A stretch of DNA of 64,000 bases, from assembly GCA_964016885.1 (NCBI GenBank), contig OZ024742.1:167772001-167836000 (forward strand), written 5' to 3'. The notes beneath the pieces were generated by a model. It was given only the letters and a program-made list of their open reading frames with translations. It ran no database searches and was not told where the DNA came from. Within the stretch, counting starts at the first letter, position 1; each line of letters starts with the position of its first letter. Made by a program: the position numbers and the translations under genes. The DNA comes from Eledone cirrhosa. Taxonomy: Eukaryota. Of the stretch, positions 25,401 to 39,100 are shown in pieces.

Positions 25401-28400
25401 CAGGCGGAGATAATTTGTAAAAAAAAATCAGGGGGAGATAATTTGTAAAAAAAAATCAGGGGGAGATAATTTGTAAAAAAAATCAAGGGGAGATAATTTC
25501 CAGCCGTCCAAGGGGAGATAATTTTCAGCCGTCCAAGGGGAGATAATTTCCAGCCGTCCAAGGGGAGATAATTTTAAAAAAAAATCAGGCGGAGATAATT
25601 TGTAAAAAAAATCAAGGGTAGATAATTTGCAACCGTCCAAGGGGACATAATTTTCAGTCGTCCATGGAGAGGTAATTTCTAGCCGTACAAGGGGAGATAA
25701 TTTCCAGCCGTTCAAGGGGAGATAATTTCCAGCCGTCCAAGGGGAGATAATTTTTTTTTAAAAATCAGGCGGAGATAATTTGTAAAAAAAAAATCAGGGG
25801 GAGATAATTTGTAAAAAAAAATCAGGGGGAGATAATTTGTAAAAAAAAATCAGGGGGAGATAATTTGTAAAAAAAATCAAGGGGAGATAATTTCCAGCCG
25901 TCCAAGGGAAGATAATTTCCAGCCCTCCAAGGGGCTATAATTTCCAGCGTCCAAGGGGAGATAATTTCCAGCCAGCGAAGGGGAGATAATTGTTTTAAAA
26001 AAATCATTGGGAGATTTGTAAAAAAAATCAGGGGGAGATAATTAATAAAAAAATCAAGGGGAGATAATTCCCAGCCGTCCAAGGGGAGGTAATATCTAGC
26101 CGTCCAAGGGGAGATAATTTCCAGCCGTCCAAGGGGAGATAATTTCCAGCCGTCCAAGGGTAGATAATATCCAGCCGTCCAAGGAGACATATTTTCCAGC
26201 CGTCCAAGGAGAGGTAATTTCTAGCCGTCCAAGGGGAGATAAATTCCAGCCTCCAAGGGGAGATAATTTCCAGCCAGCCAAGGGGAGATAATTTGTAAAA
26301 AAATCAGGGGGAGATAATTTGTAAAATAAATCAGGGGTAGATAATTTGTAAAAAAAAATCAGGGGGAGATAATTTGTAAAAAAAAATCAGGGGGAGATAA
26401 TTTGTAAAAAAAATCAAGGGGAGATAATTTCCAGCCGTCCAAGGAGAGATAATTTAAAAAAAAAATCAGGCGGAGATAATTTGTAAAAAAAAATCAGGGG
26501 GAGATAATTTGTAAAAAAAAATCAGGGGGAGATAATTTGTAAAAAAAATCAAGGGGAGATAATTTCCAGCCGTCCAAGGGGAGATAATTTCCAGCCGTCC
26601 AAGGGGAAATAATTTTTTTAAAAAAATCAGGCGGAGATAATTTGTAAAAAAAATCAGGGGGAGATAATTTGTAAAAAAAAATCAGGGGGAGATAATTTGT
26701 AAAAAAAAATCAGGGGGAGATAATTTCCAGCCGTCCAAGGTAAGATAATTTCCAGCCCTCCAAGGGGCTATAATTTCCAGCATCCAAGGGGAGATAATTT
26801 CCAGCCGTCCAAGGGTAGATAATATCCAGCCGTCCAAGTAGACATATTTTCCAGCCGTCCAAGGAGAGGTAATTTCTAGCCGTCCAAGGGGAGATAAATT
26901 CCAGCCTCCAAGGGGAGATAATTTCCAGCCAGCCAAGGGGAGATAATTTGTAAAAAAATCAGGGGGAGATAATTTGTAAAAAAAATCAGGGGGAGATAAT
27001 TTGTAAAAAAAAATCAGGGGGAGATAATTTGTAAAAAAAAATTAGGGGGAGATAATTTGTAAAAAAAAATCAGGGGGAGATAATTTCCAGCCGTCCAAGG
27101 GGAGATAATTTTCAGCCGTCCAAGGGTAGATAATATCCAGCCGTCCAAGTAGACATTTTCCAGCCGTCCAAGGAGAGGTAATTTCTAGCCGTCCAAGGGG
27201 AGATAAATTCCAGCCTCCAAGGGGAGATAATTTCCAGCCAGCCAAGGGGAGATAATTTGTAAAAAAATCAGGGGGAGATAATTTGTAAAAAAAAATCAGG
27301 GGGAGATAATTTGTAAAAAAAAATCAGGGGGAGATAATTTGTAAAAAAAAATCAGGGGGAGATAATTTGTAAAAAAAATCAAGGGGAGATAATTTCCAGC
27401 CGTCCAAGGGGAGATAATTTTCAGCCGTCCAAGGGGAGATAATTTCCAGCCGTCCAAGGGGAGATAATTTCCATCCTTCCAAGGGGAGATAATTTCCAGC
27501 CGTCCAAGGGGAGATAATTTTCAGTCGTCCAAGGGGAGATAATTTCCCGCCAGCCAAGGGAAGATAATATTTTTAAAAATCAGGCGGAGATAATTTGTAA
27601 AAAAAATCAGGGGGAGATAATTTGTAAAAAAATCAGGGGGAGATAATTTGTAAAAAAAAAATCAGGGGGAGATAATTTGTAAAAAAATCAGGGGGAGATA
27701 ATTTGTAAAAAAAAAATCAGGGGGAGATAATTTCCAGCCGTCCAAGGGGAGATAATTTTCAGCCGTCCAAGGGGAGATAATTTCCCGCCAGCCAAGGGAA
27801 GATAATATTTAAAAAAATCAGGCGGAGATAATTTGTAAAAAAAATCAGGGGGAGATAATTTGTAAAAAAATCAGGGGGAGATAATTTGTAAAAAAAATCA
27901 AGGGGAGATAATTTCCAGCCGTCCAAGGGGAGGTAATATCTAGCCGTCCAAGGGGAGATAATTTCCAGCCGTCCAACAGGAGATAATTTCCAGCCGTCCA
28001 AGGGTAGATAATATCCAGCCGTCCAAGGAGACATATTTTCCAGCCGTCCAAGGAGAGGTAATTTCTAGCCGTCCAAGGGGAGATAAATTCCAGCCTCCAA
28101 GGGGAGATAATTTCCAGCCAGCCAAGGGGAGATAATTTGTAAAAAAAATCAGGGGGAGATAATTTGTAAAAAAAATCAGGGGGAGATAATTTGTAAAAAA
28201 AATCAGGGGGAGATAATTTGTAAAAAAAAATCAGGGGGAGATAATTTGTAAAAAAAATCAGGGGGAGATAATTTGTAAAAAAAATCAAGGGGAGATAATT
28301 TCCAGCCGTCCAAGGGGAGATAATTTTCAGCCGTCCAAGGGGAGATAATTTCCCGCCAGCCAAGGGAAGATAATATTTAAAAAATGAGGCGGAGATAATT

Positions 28401-28730
28401 TGTAAAAAAAATCAGGGGGAGATAATTTGTAAAAAAATCAGGGGGAGATAATTTGTAAAAAAAAAATCAGGGGGAGATGATTTGTAAAAAAAATCAGGGG
28501 GAGATAATTTGTAAAAAAAAATCAGGGGTAGATAATTTGTAAAAAAAAATCAGGGGGAGATAATTTGTAAAAAAAATCAAGGGGAGATAATTTCCAGCCG
28601 TCCAAGGGAAGATAATTTCAAGCCCTCCAAGGGGCTATAATTTCCAGTGTCCAAGGGGAGATAATTTCCAGCCAGCGAAGGGGAGATAATTTTTTTTTAA
28701 AAATCAGGGGGAGATTTGTAAAAAAAATCA
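16470..28730 (+). repeat. Tandem higher-order duplication: copy 1 ~16470-23095 (6,624 bp) and copy 2 ~23095-28730 (~5.63 kb)
   Basis: Offset 6,624 holds for ORFs 16763/23387 through 19472/26096, then 5,748 and 5,634. Private markers include CCATGG (19038/25662), CCGTTCAAG, CAGTCGTGC and ATTTTCCGCC. Confidence 0.92.
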
Positions 28731-31700
28731 GGGGGAGATAATTTGTAAAAAAAATCAAGGGGAGATAATTTCCAGCCGTCGAAGGGAAGATAATTTCCAG
28801 CCCTCCAAGGGGCTATAATTTCCAGCGTCCAAGGGGAGATAATTTCCAGCCAGCGAAGGGGAGATAATTTTTTTAAAAAAATCATTGGGAGATTTGTAAA
28901 AAAAATCAGGGAGATAATTTGTAAAAAAAATCAAGGGGAGATAATTTCCAGCCGTCCAAGGGGAGATAATTTCCAGCCGTCCAAGGGGAGGTAATATCTA
29001 GCCGTCCAAGGGGAGATAATTTCCAGCCGTCCAAGGGGAGATAATTTCCAGCCGTCCAAGGGTAGATAATATCCAGCCGTCCAAGTAGACATTTTCCAGC
29101 CGTCCAAGGAGAGGTAATTTCTAGCCGTCCAAGGGGAGATAAATTCCAGCTTCCAAGGGGAGATAATTTCCAGCCAGCCAAGGGGAGATAATTTGTAAAA
29201 AAATCAGGGGGAGATAATTTGTAAAAAAATCAGGGGGAGATAATTTGTAAAAAATAATCAGGGGGAGATAATTTGTAAAAAAAAATCAGGGGGAGATAAT
29301 TTGTAAAAAAAAATCAGGGGGAGATAATTTGTAAAAAAAATCAAGGGGAGATAATTTCCAGCCGTCCAAGGGGAGATAATTTTCAGCCGTCCAAGGGGAG
29401 ATAATTTCCAGCCGTCCAAGGGGAGATAATTTCCATCCTTCCAAGGGGAGATAATTTCCAGCCGTCCAAGGGGAGATAATTTCCCGCCAGCCAAGGGAAG
29501 ATAATTTTTAAAAAAATCAGGGGGAGATAATTTGTAAAAAAATCAGGGGGAGATAATTTGTAAAAAAAAAATCAGGGGGAGACAATTTGTAAAAAAAATC
29601 AGGGGGAAATAATTTGTAAAAAAAAATCAAGGGGAGATAATTTGTACAAAAAATCAGGGGTATATAATTTGTAAAAAAAATCAGGGGGAGATAATTTGTA
29701 AAAAAAAATCAGGGGGAGATAATTTGTAAAAAAAATCAAGGGGAGATAATTTGCAGCCGTCCAAGGGGAGATAATTTTCAGCCGTCCAAGGAGAGGTAAT
29801 TTCTAGCCGTCCAAGGGGAGATAATTTTTAAAAAAAAACAGGCGAAGATAATTTGTAAAAAAAAAATCAGGGGGAGATAATTTGTAAAAAAAAATCAGGG
29901 GGAGATAATTTGTAAAAAAAAATCAGGGGGAGGTAATTTGTAAAAAAAATCAAGGGGAGATAATTTCCAGCCGTCCAAGGGAAGATAATTTCCAGCCCTC
30001 CAAGGGGCTATAATTTCCAGCGTCCAAGGGGAGATAATTTCCAGCCAGCGAAGGGGAGATAATTTTTTTTTTTTTAAATCAGGGGAACATAATTTGTAAA
30101 AAAAATCAGGGGGAGATAATTTGTAAAAAAAATCAAGGGGAGATAATTTGTAAAAAAAAATCAGGGGGAGATAATTTGTAAAAAAAAATCAGGGGGAGAT
30201 AATTTGTAAAAAAAATCAAGGGGAGATAATTTGTAAAAAAAAATCAAGGGGAGATAATTTCCAGCCGTCCAAGGGGAGATAATTTTCAGCCGTCCAAGGG
30301 GAGATAATTTCCCGCCAGCCAAGGAAAGATAATATTTAAAAAAATCAGGCGGAGATAATTTGTAAAAAAAATCAGGGGGAGATAATTTGTAAAAAAATCA
30401 GGGGGAGATAATTTGTAAAAAAAAAATCAGGGGTAGATAATTTGTAAAAAAAAATCAGGGGGAGATAATTTGTAAAAAAAAATCAGGGGGAGATAATTTG
30501 TAAAAAAAATCAATTGGAGATAATTTCCAGCCGTCCAAGGGGAGATAATTTTCAGCCGTCCAAGGAGAGGTAATTTCTAGACGTCCAAGGGGAGATAATT
30601 TCCAGCCGTCCAAGGGGAGATAATTTCCAGCCGTCCAAGGGTAGATAATATCCAGCCGTCGAAGGAGACATATTTTCCAGCTTTCCAAGGAGAGGTAATT
30701 TCTATCCGTCCAAGGGGAGATAAATTCCAGCCTCCAAGGGGAGATAATTTCCCGCCAGCCAAGGGGAGATAATTTGTAAAAAAATCAGGGGGAGATAATT
30801 TGTAAAAAAAATCAGGGGGAGATAATTTGTAAAAAAAATCAGGGGGAGATAATTTGTAAAAAAAAATCAAGGGGAGATAATTTCCAGCCGTCCAAGGGGA
30901 GATAATTTTCAGCCGTCCAAGGGGAGATAATTTCCCGCCAGCCAAGGGAAGATAATATTTAAAAAATGAGGCGGAGATAATTTGTAAAAAAAATCAGGGG
31001 GAGATAATTTGTAAAAAAATCAGGGGGAGATAATTTGTAAAAAAAAAATCAGGGGGAGATAATTTGTAAAAAAAATCAGGGGGAGATAATTTGTAAAAAA
31101 AAATCAGGGGTAGATAATTTGTAAAAAAAAATCAGGGGGATAATTTGTAAAAAAAATCAGGGGGAGATAATTTGTAAAAAAAATCAAGGGGAGATAATTT
31201 CCAGCCGTCCAAGGGAAGATAATTTCAAGCCCTCCAAGGGGCTATAATTTCCAGTGTCCAAGGGGAGATAATTTCCAGCCAGCGAAGGGGAGATAATTTT
31301 TTTTTAAAAATCAGGGGGAGATTTGTAAAAAAAATCAGGGGGAGATAATTTGTAAAAAAAATCAAACGGAGATAATTTCCAGCCGTCCAAAGAGAGATAA
31401 TTTCTAGCCGTCCAAGGGGAGATAATTTCGAGCCAAGGGGAGATAATTTCCAGCCGTCCAAGGGGAGATAATTTTTTAAAAAATCAGGTGGAGATAATTT
31501 GTAAAAAAAATCAGAGGGAGATAATTTGTAAAAACAAAATCAAGGGCAGATAATTTCCAGCTGTCCAAGGGGAGATAATTTCCAGCCGTGCAAGGGGAGA
31601 TAATTTCCAGCCGTCCAAGGGGAGATAATTTCCATCCTTCCAAGGGGAGATAATTTCCAGCCGTCCAAGGGGAGATAATTTCCCGCCAGCCAAGGAAAGA

Positions 31701-34700
31701 TAATTTTTTAAAAAATCAGGCGGAGATTGTAAAAAAAATCAGGGGGAGATAATTTGTAAAAAAATCAGGGGGAGATAATTTGTAAAAAAATCAAGGGGAG
31801 ATAATTTCCAGCTGTCCAAGGGGAGATAATATCTAGCCGTCCAAGGGGAGATAATTTCCAGCCGTCCAAGGGGAGATAATTTCCAGCCGTCCAAGGGTAG
31901 ATAATATCCAGCCGTCCAAGGAGACATATTTTCCAGCCCTCCAAGGAGAGGTAATTTCTAGCCGTCCAAGTGGAGATAAATTCCAGCCTCCAAGGGGAGA
32001 TAATTTCCAGCCAGCCAAGGGGAGATAATTTGTAAAAAAATCAGGGGGAGATAATTTGTAAAAAAAATCAGGGGGAGATAATTTGTAAAAAAAAATCAGG
32101 GGGAGATAATTTGTAAAAAAAATCAGGGGGAGATAATTTGTAAAAAAAATCAAGGGGAGATAATTTCCCGCCGTCCAAGGGGAGATAATTTTCAGCCGTC
32201 CAAGGGGAGATAATTTCCCGCCAGCCAAGGGAAGATAATATTTAAAAAATGAGGCGGAGATAATTTGTAAAAAAAATCAGGGGGAGATAATTTGTAAAAA
32301 AATCAGGGGGAGATAATTTGTAAAAAAAAAATCAGGGGGAGATAATTTGTAAAAAAAATCAGGGGGAGATAATTTGTAAAAAAAAATCAGGGGTAGATAA
32401 TTTGTAAAAAAAAATCAGGGGGAGATAATTTGTAAAAAAAATCAAGGGGAGATAATTTCCAGCCGTCCAAGGGAAGATAATTTCAAGCCCTCCAAGGGGC
32501 TATAATTTCCAGTGTCCAAGGGGAGATAATTTCCAGCCAGCGAAGGGGAGATAATTTTTTTTTAAAAATCAGGGGGAGATTTGTAAAAAAAATCAGGGGG
32601 AGATAATTTGTAAAAAAAATCAAGGGGAGATAATTTCCAGCCGTCGAAGGGGAGGTAATATCTAGCCGTCCAAGGGGAGATAATTTCCAGCCGTCCAAGG
32701 GGAGATAATTTCCAGCCGTCCAAGGGTAGATAATATCCAGCCGTCCAAGTAGACATTTTCCAGCCGTCCAAGGAGAGGTAATTTCTAGCCGTCCAAGGGG
32801 AGATAAATTCCAGCCTCCAAGGGGAGATAATTTCCAGCCGTCCAAGGGGAGATAATTTCCATCCTTCCAAGGGGAGATAATTTCCAGCCGTCCAAGGGGA
32901 GATAATTTCCCGCCAGCCAAGGGAAGATAATTTTTAAAAAAATCAGGCGGAGATTGTAAAAAAAATCAGTGGGAGATAATTTGTAAAAAAATCAGGGGGA
33001 GATAATTTGTAAAAAAAAAATCAGGGGGAGACAATTTGTAAAAAAAATCAGGGGGAAATAATTTGTAAAAAAAAATCAAGGGGAGATAATTTGTACAAAA
33101 AATCAGGGGTATATAATTTGTAAAAAAAATCAGGGGGAGATAATTTGTAAAAAAAAATCAGGGGGAGATAATTTGTAAAAAAAATCAAGGGGAGATAATT
33201 TGCAGCCGTCCAAGGGGAGATAATTTTCAGCCGTCCAAGGAGAGGTAATTTCTAGCCGTCCAAGGTGAGATAATATCCAGCCGTCCAAGGGGAGATAATT
33301 TTTAAAAAAAAACAGGCGAAGATAATTTGTAAAAAAAAAATCAGGGGGAGATAATTTGTAAAAAAAAATCAGGGGGAGATAATTTGTAAAAAAAAATCAG
33401 GGGGAGGTAATTTGTAAAAAAATTCAAGGGGAGATAATTTCCAGCCGTCCAAGGGAAGATAATTTCCAGCCCTCCAAGGGGCTATAATTTCCAGCGTCCA
33501 AGGGGAGATAATTTCCAGCCAGCGAAGGGGAGATAATTTTTTTTTTTTAAATCAGGGGAACATAATTTGTAAAAAAAATCAGGGGGAGATAATTTGTAAA
33601 AAAAATCAAGGGGAGATAATTTGTAAAAAAAAATCAGGGGGAGATAATTTGTAAAAAAAAATCAGGGGGAGATAATTTGTAAAAAAAATCAAGGGGAGAT
33701 AATTTGTAAAAAAAAATCAAGGGGAGATAATTTCCAGCCGTCCAAGGGGAGATAATTTTCAGCCGTCCAAGGGGAGATAATTTCCCGCCAGCCAAGGAAA
33801 GATAATATTTAAAAAAATCAGGCGGAGATAATTTGTAAAAAAAATCAGGGGGAGATAATTTGTAAAAAAATCAGGGGGAGATAATTTGTAAAAAAAAAAT
33901 CAGGGGTAGATAATTTGTAAAAAAAAATCAGGGGGAGATAATTTGTAGCCGTCCAAGGGGAGATAATTTTCAGCCGTCCAAGGAGAGGTAATTTCTAGAC
34001 GTCCAAGGGGAGATAATTTCCAGCCGTCCAAGGGGAGATAATTTCCAGCCGTCCAAGGGTAGATAATATCCAGCCGTCCAAGGAGACATATTTTCCAGCT
34101 TTCCAAGGAGAGGTAATTTCTATCCGTCCAAGGGGAGATAAATTCCAGCCTCCAAGGGGAGATAATTTCCAGCCAGCCAAGGGAAGGAAATATTTAAAAA
34201 AATCAGGCGGAGATAATTTGTAAAAAAAATCAGGGGGAGATAATTTGTAAAAAAATCAGGGGGAGATAATTTGTAAAAAAAAAATCAGGGGGAGATAATT
34301 TGTAAAAAAAAATCAGGGGTAGATGATTTGTAAAAAAAAATCAGGGGGAGATAATTTGTAAAAAAAAATCAGGGGGAGATAATTTGTAAAAAAAATCAAG
34401 GGGAGATAATTTCCAGCCGTCCAAGGAGAGATAATTTTTTAAAAAAATCAGGCGGAGATAATTTGTAAAAAAAATCAAGGGGAGATAATTTGTAAAAAAA
34501 AATCAGGGGGAGATAATTTGTAAAAAAAATCAAGGGGAGATAATTTCCAGCCGTCCAAGGGAAGATAATTTCCAGCACTCCAAGGGGCTATAATTTCCAG
34601 TGTCCAAGGGGAGATAATTTCCAGCCAGCGAAGGGGAGATAATTTTTTTAAAAAAATCAGGGGGAGATATGTAAAAAAAATCAGAGGGAGATAATTTCCA

Positions 34701-36179
34701 GCCGTCCAAAGAGAGATAATTTCTAGCCGTCCAAGGGGAGAAAATTTCCAGCCAAGGGGAGATAATTTCCAGCCGTCCAAGGGGAGATAATTTTTTAAAA
34801 AATCAGGGGGAGATAATTTGTAAAAACAAAATCAAGGGCAGATAATTTCCAGCTGTCCAAGGGGAGATAGTTTCCAGCCGTGCAAGGGGAGATAATTTCC
34901 AGCCGTCCAAGGGGAGATAATTTCCATACTTCCAAGGGGAGATAATTTCCAGCCGTCCAAGGGGAGATAATTTCCCGCCAGCCAAGGGAAGATAATTTGT
35001 AAAAAAATCAGGGGGAGATAATTTGTAAAAAAAAAATCAGGAGGAGATAATTTGTAAAAAAAAAATCAGGGGTAGATAATTTGTAAAAAAAATCAGGGCT
35101 AGATAATTTGTAAAAAAAAATCAGGGGGAGATAATTTGTAAAAAAAAATCAGGGGGAGATAATTTGTAAAAAAATCAAGGGGAGATAATATGCAGCCGTC
35201 CAAGGGGAGATAATTTTCAGCCGTCCAAGGAGAGGTAATTTCTAGCCGTCCAAGGGGAGATAATTTCCAGCCGTCCAAGGGGAGATAATTTCCAGCCGTC
35301 CAAGGGGAGATAGTTTTTTTAAAAAATCAGCCGGAGATAATTTGTAAAAAAAAAATCAGGGGGAGATAATTTGTAAAAAAAAATCAGGGGGAGATAATTT
35401 GTAAAAAAAAATCAGGGGGAGATAATTTGTAAAAAAAATCAAGGGGAGATAATTTCCAGCCGTCCAAGGGAAGATAATTTCCAGCCCTCGAAGGGGCTAT
35501 AATTTCCAGCGTCCAAGGGGAGATAATTTCCAGCCAGCGAAGGGGAGATAATTTTTTTAAAAAAATCATTGGGAGATTTGTAAAAAAAATCAGGGGGAGA
35601 TAATTAGTAAAAAAAATCAAGGGGAGATAATTTCCAGCCGTCCAAGGGGAGGTAATATCTAGCCGTCCAAGGGGAGATAATTTCCAGCCGTCCAAGGGGA
35701 GATAATTTCCAGCCGTCCAAGGGTAGATAATATCCAGCCGTCCAAGTAGACATTTTCCAGCCGTCCAAGGAGAGGTAATTTCTAGCCGTCCAAGGGGAGA
35801 TAAATTCCAGCCTCCAAGGGGAGATAATTTCCAGCCAGCCAAGGGGAGATAATTTGTAAAAAAATCAGGGGGAGATAATTTGTAAAAAAAATCAGGGGGA
35901 GATAATTTGTAAAAAAAAATCAGGGGGAGATAATTTGTAAAAAAAAATCAGGGGGAGATAATTTGTAAAAAAAATCAGGGGGAGATAATTTGTAAAAAAA
36001 ATCAAGGGGAGATAATTTCCAGCCGTCCAAGGGGAGATAATTTTCAGCCGTCCAAGGGGAGATAATTTCCAGCCGTCCAAGGGGAGATAATTTCCATCCT
36101 TCCAAGGGGAGATAATTTCCAGCCGTCCAAGGGGAGATAATTTTCAGCCGTCCAAGGGGAGATAATTTCCCGCCAGCCA

Positions 36180-39100
36180 AGGGAAGATAATATTTTAAAA
36201 AATCAGGCGGAGATAATTTGTAAAAAAAATCAGGGGGAGATAATTTGTAAAAAAATCAGGGGGAGATAATTTGTAAAAAAAAAATCAGGGGGAGATAATT
36301 TGTAAAAAAAATCAGGGGGAGATAATTTGTAAAAAAAAATCAGGGGTAGATAATTTGTAAAAAAAAATCAGGGGGAGATAATTTGTAAAAAAAAAATCAG
36401 GGGGAGATAATTTGTAAAAAAAATCAAGGGGAGATAATTTCCAGCCGTCCAAGGAGAGATAATTTTTTAAAAAAATCAGGCGGAGATAATTTGTAAAAAA
36501 AAATCAAGGGGAGATAATTTGTAAAAAAAAATCAAGGGGAGATAATTTGTAAAAAAAATCAAGGGGAGATAATTTCCAGCCGTCCAAGGGAAGATAATTT
36601 CCAGCACTCCAAGGAGCTATAATTTCCAGTGTCCAAGGGGAGATAATTTCCAGCCAGCGAAGGGGAGATAATTTTTTTTTAAAAATCAGGGGGAGATATG
36701 TAAAAAAAATCAGAGGGAGATAATTTCTAAAAAAAATCAAAGGGAGATAATTTCCAGCCGTCCAAAGAGAGATAATTTCTAGCCGTCCAAGGGGAGATAA
36801 TTTCCAGCCAAGGGGAGATAATTTCCAGCCGTCCAAGGGGAGATAATTATTTAAAAAATCAGGTGGAGATAATTTGTAAAAAAAATCAGGGGGAGATAAT
36901 TTGTAAAAACAAAATCAAGGGCAGATAATTTCCAGCTGTCCAAGGGGAGATAATTTCCAGCCGTGCAAGGGGAGATAATTTCCAGCCGTCCAAGGGGAGA
37001 TAATTTCCATCCTTCCAAGGGGAGATAATGTCCAGCCGTCCAAGGGGAGATAATTTCCCGCCAGCCAAGGGAAGATAATTTTTAAAAAAATCAGGCGGAG
37101 ATTGTAATAAAAATCAGGGGGAGATAATTTGTAAAAAAAAAATCAGGGGGAGATAATTTGTAAAAAAAATCAGGGGTAGATAATTTGTAAAAAAAAATCA
37201 GGGGGAGATAATTTGTAAAAAAAAATCAGGGGGAGATAATTTCTAAAAAAATCAAGGGGAGATAATATGCAGCCGTCCAAGGGGAGATAATTTTCAGCCG
37301 TCCAAGGAGAGGTAATTTCTAGCCGTCCAAGGGGAGATAATTTCCAGCCGTCCAAGGGGAGATAATTTCCCGCCGTCCAAGGGGAGATAGTTTTTTTAAA
37401 AAAATCAGGCGGAGATAATTTGTAAAAAAAAAATCAGGGGGAGATAATTTGTAAAAAAAAATCAGGGGGAGATAATTTGTGAAAAAAAAATCAGGGGGAG
37501 ATAATTTGTAAAAAAAAATCAGGGGGAGATAATTAGTAAAAAAAATCAAGGGGAGATAATTTCCAGCCGTCCAAGGGGAGGTAATATCTAGCCGTCCAAG
37601 GGGAGATAATTTCCAGCCGTCCAAGGGGAGATAATTTCCAGCCGTCCAAGGGTAGATAATATCCAGCCGTCCAAGTAGACATATTTTCCAGCCGTCCAAG
37701 GAGAGGTAATTTCTAGCCGTCCAAGGGGAGATAAATTCCAGCCTCCAAGGGGAGATAATTTCCAGCCAGCCAAGGGGAGATAATTTGTAAAAAAATCAGG
37801 GGAGATAATTTGTAAAAAAAATCAGGGGGAGATAATTTGTAAAAAAAAATCAGGGGGAGATAATTTGTAAAAAAAAATCAGGGGGAGATAATTTGTAAAA
37901 AAAATCAGGGGGAGATAATTTGTAAAAAAAAATCAGGGGGAGATAATTTGTAAAAAAAAATCAGGGGGAGATAATTTGTAAAAAAAAATCAGGGGGAGAT
38001 AATTTGTAAAAAAAATCAAGGGGAGATAATTTCCAGCCGTCCAAGGGGAGATAATTTCCAGCCGTCCAAGGGGAGGTAATATCTAGCCGTCCAAGGGGAG
38101 ATAATTTCCAGCCGTCCAAGAGGAGATAATTTCCAGCCGTCCAAGGGTAGATAATATCCAGCCGTCCAAGGAGACATATTTTCCAGCCGTCCAAGGAGAG
38201 GTAATTTCTAGCCGTCCAAGGGGAGATAAATTCCAGCCTCCAAGGGGAGATAATTTGTAAAAAAATCAGGGGGAGATAATTTGTAAAAAAAATCAGGGGG
38301 AGATAATTTGTAAAAAAAAATCAGGGGGAGATAATTTGTAAAAAAAATCAGGGGGAGATAATTTGTAAAAAAAATTCAAGGGGAGATAATTTCCAGCCGT
38401 CCAAGGGGAGATAATTTTCAGCCGCCCAAGGGGAGATAATTTCCCGCCAGCCAAGGGAAGATAATATTTAAAAAATCAGGCGGAGATAATTTGTAAAAAA
38501 AATCAGGGGGAGATAATTTGTAAAAAAATCAGGGGGAGATAATTTGTAAAAAAAAAATCAGGGGGAGATAATTTGTAAAAAAAATCAGGGGGAGATGATT
38601 TGTAAAAAAAATCAGGGGTAGATAATTTGTAAAAAGAAATCAGGGGGAGATAATTTGTAAAAAAAAATCAGGGGGAGATAATTTGTAAAAAAAATCAAGA
38701 GGAGATAATTTCCAGCCGTCGAAGGGAAGATAGTTTCCAGCCCTCCAAGGAGCTATAATTTCCAGCGTCCAAGGGGAGATAATTTCCAGCCAGCGAAGGG
38801 GAGATAATTTTTTTAAAAAAATCATTGGGAGATTTGTAAAAAAAATCAGGGGGAGATAATTTGTAAAAAAAAATCAGGGGGAGATAATTTGTAAAAAAAA
38901 TCAGGGGGAGATAATTTGTAAAAAAAAATCAGGGGGAGATAATTTGTAAAAAAAAATCAGGGGGAGATAATTTGTAAAAAAAAATCAGGGGGAGATAATT
39001 TGTAAAAAAAATCAAGGGGAGATAATTTCCAGCCGTCCAAGGGGAGATAATTTCCAGCCGTCCAAGGGGAGGTAATATCTAGCCGTCCAAGGGGAGATAA

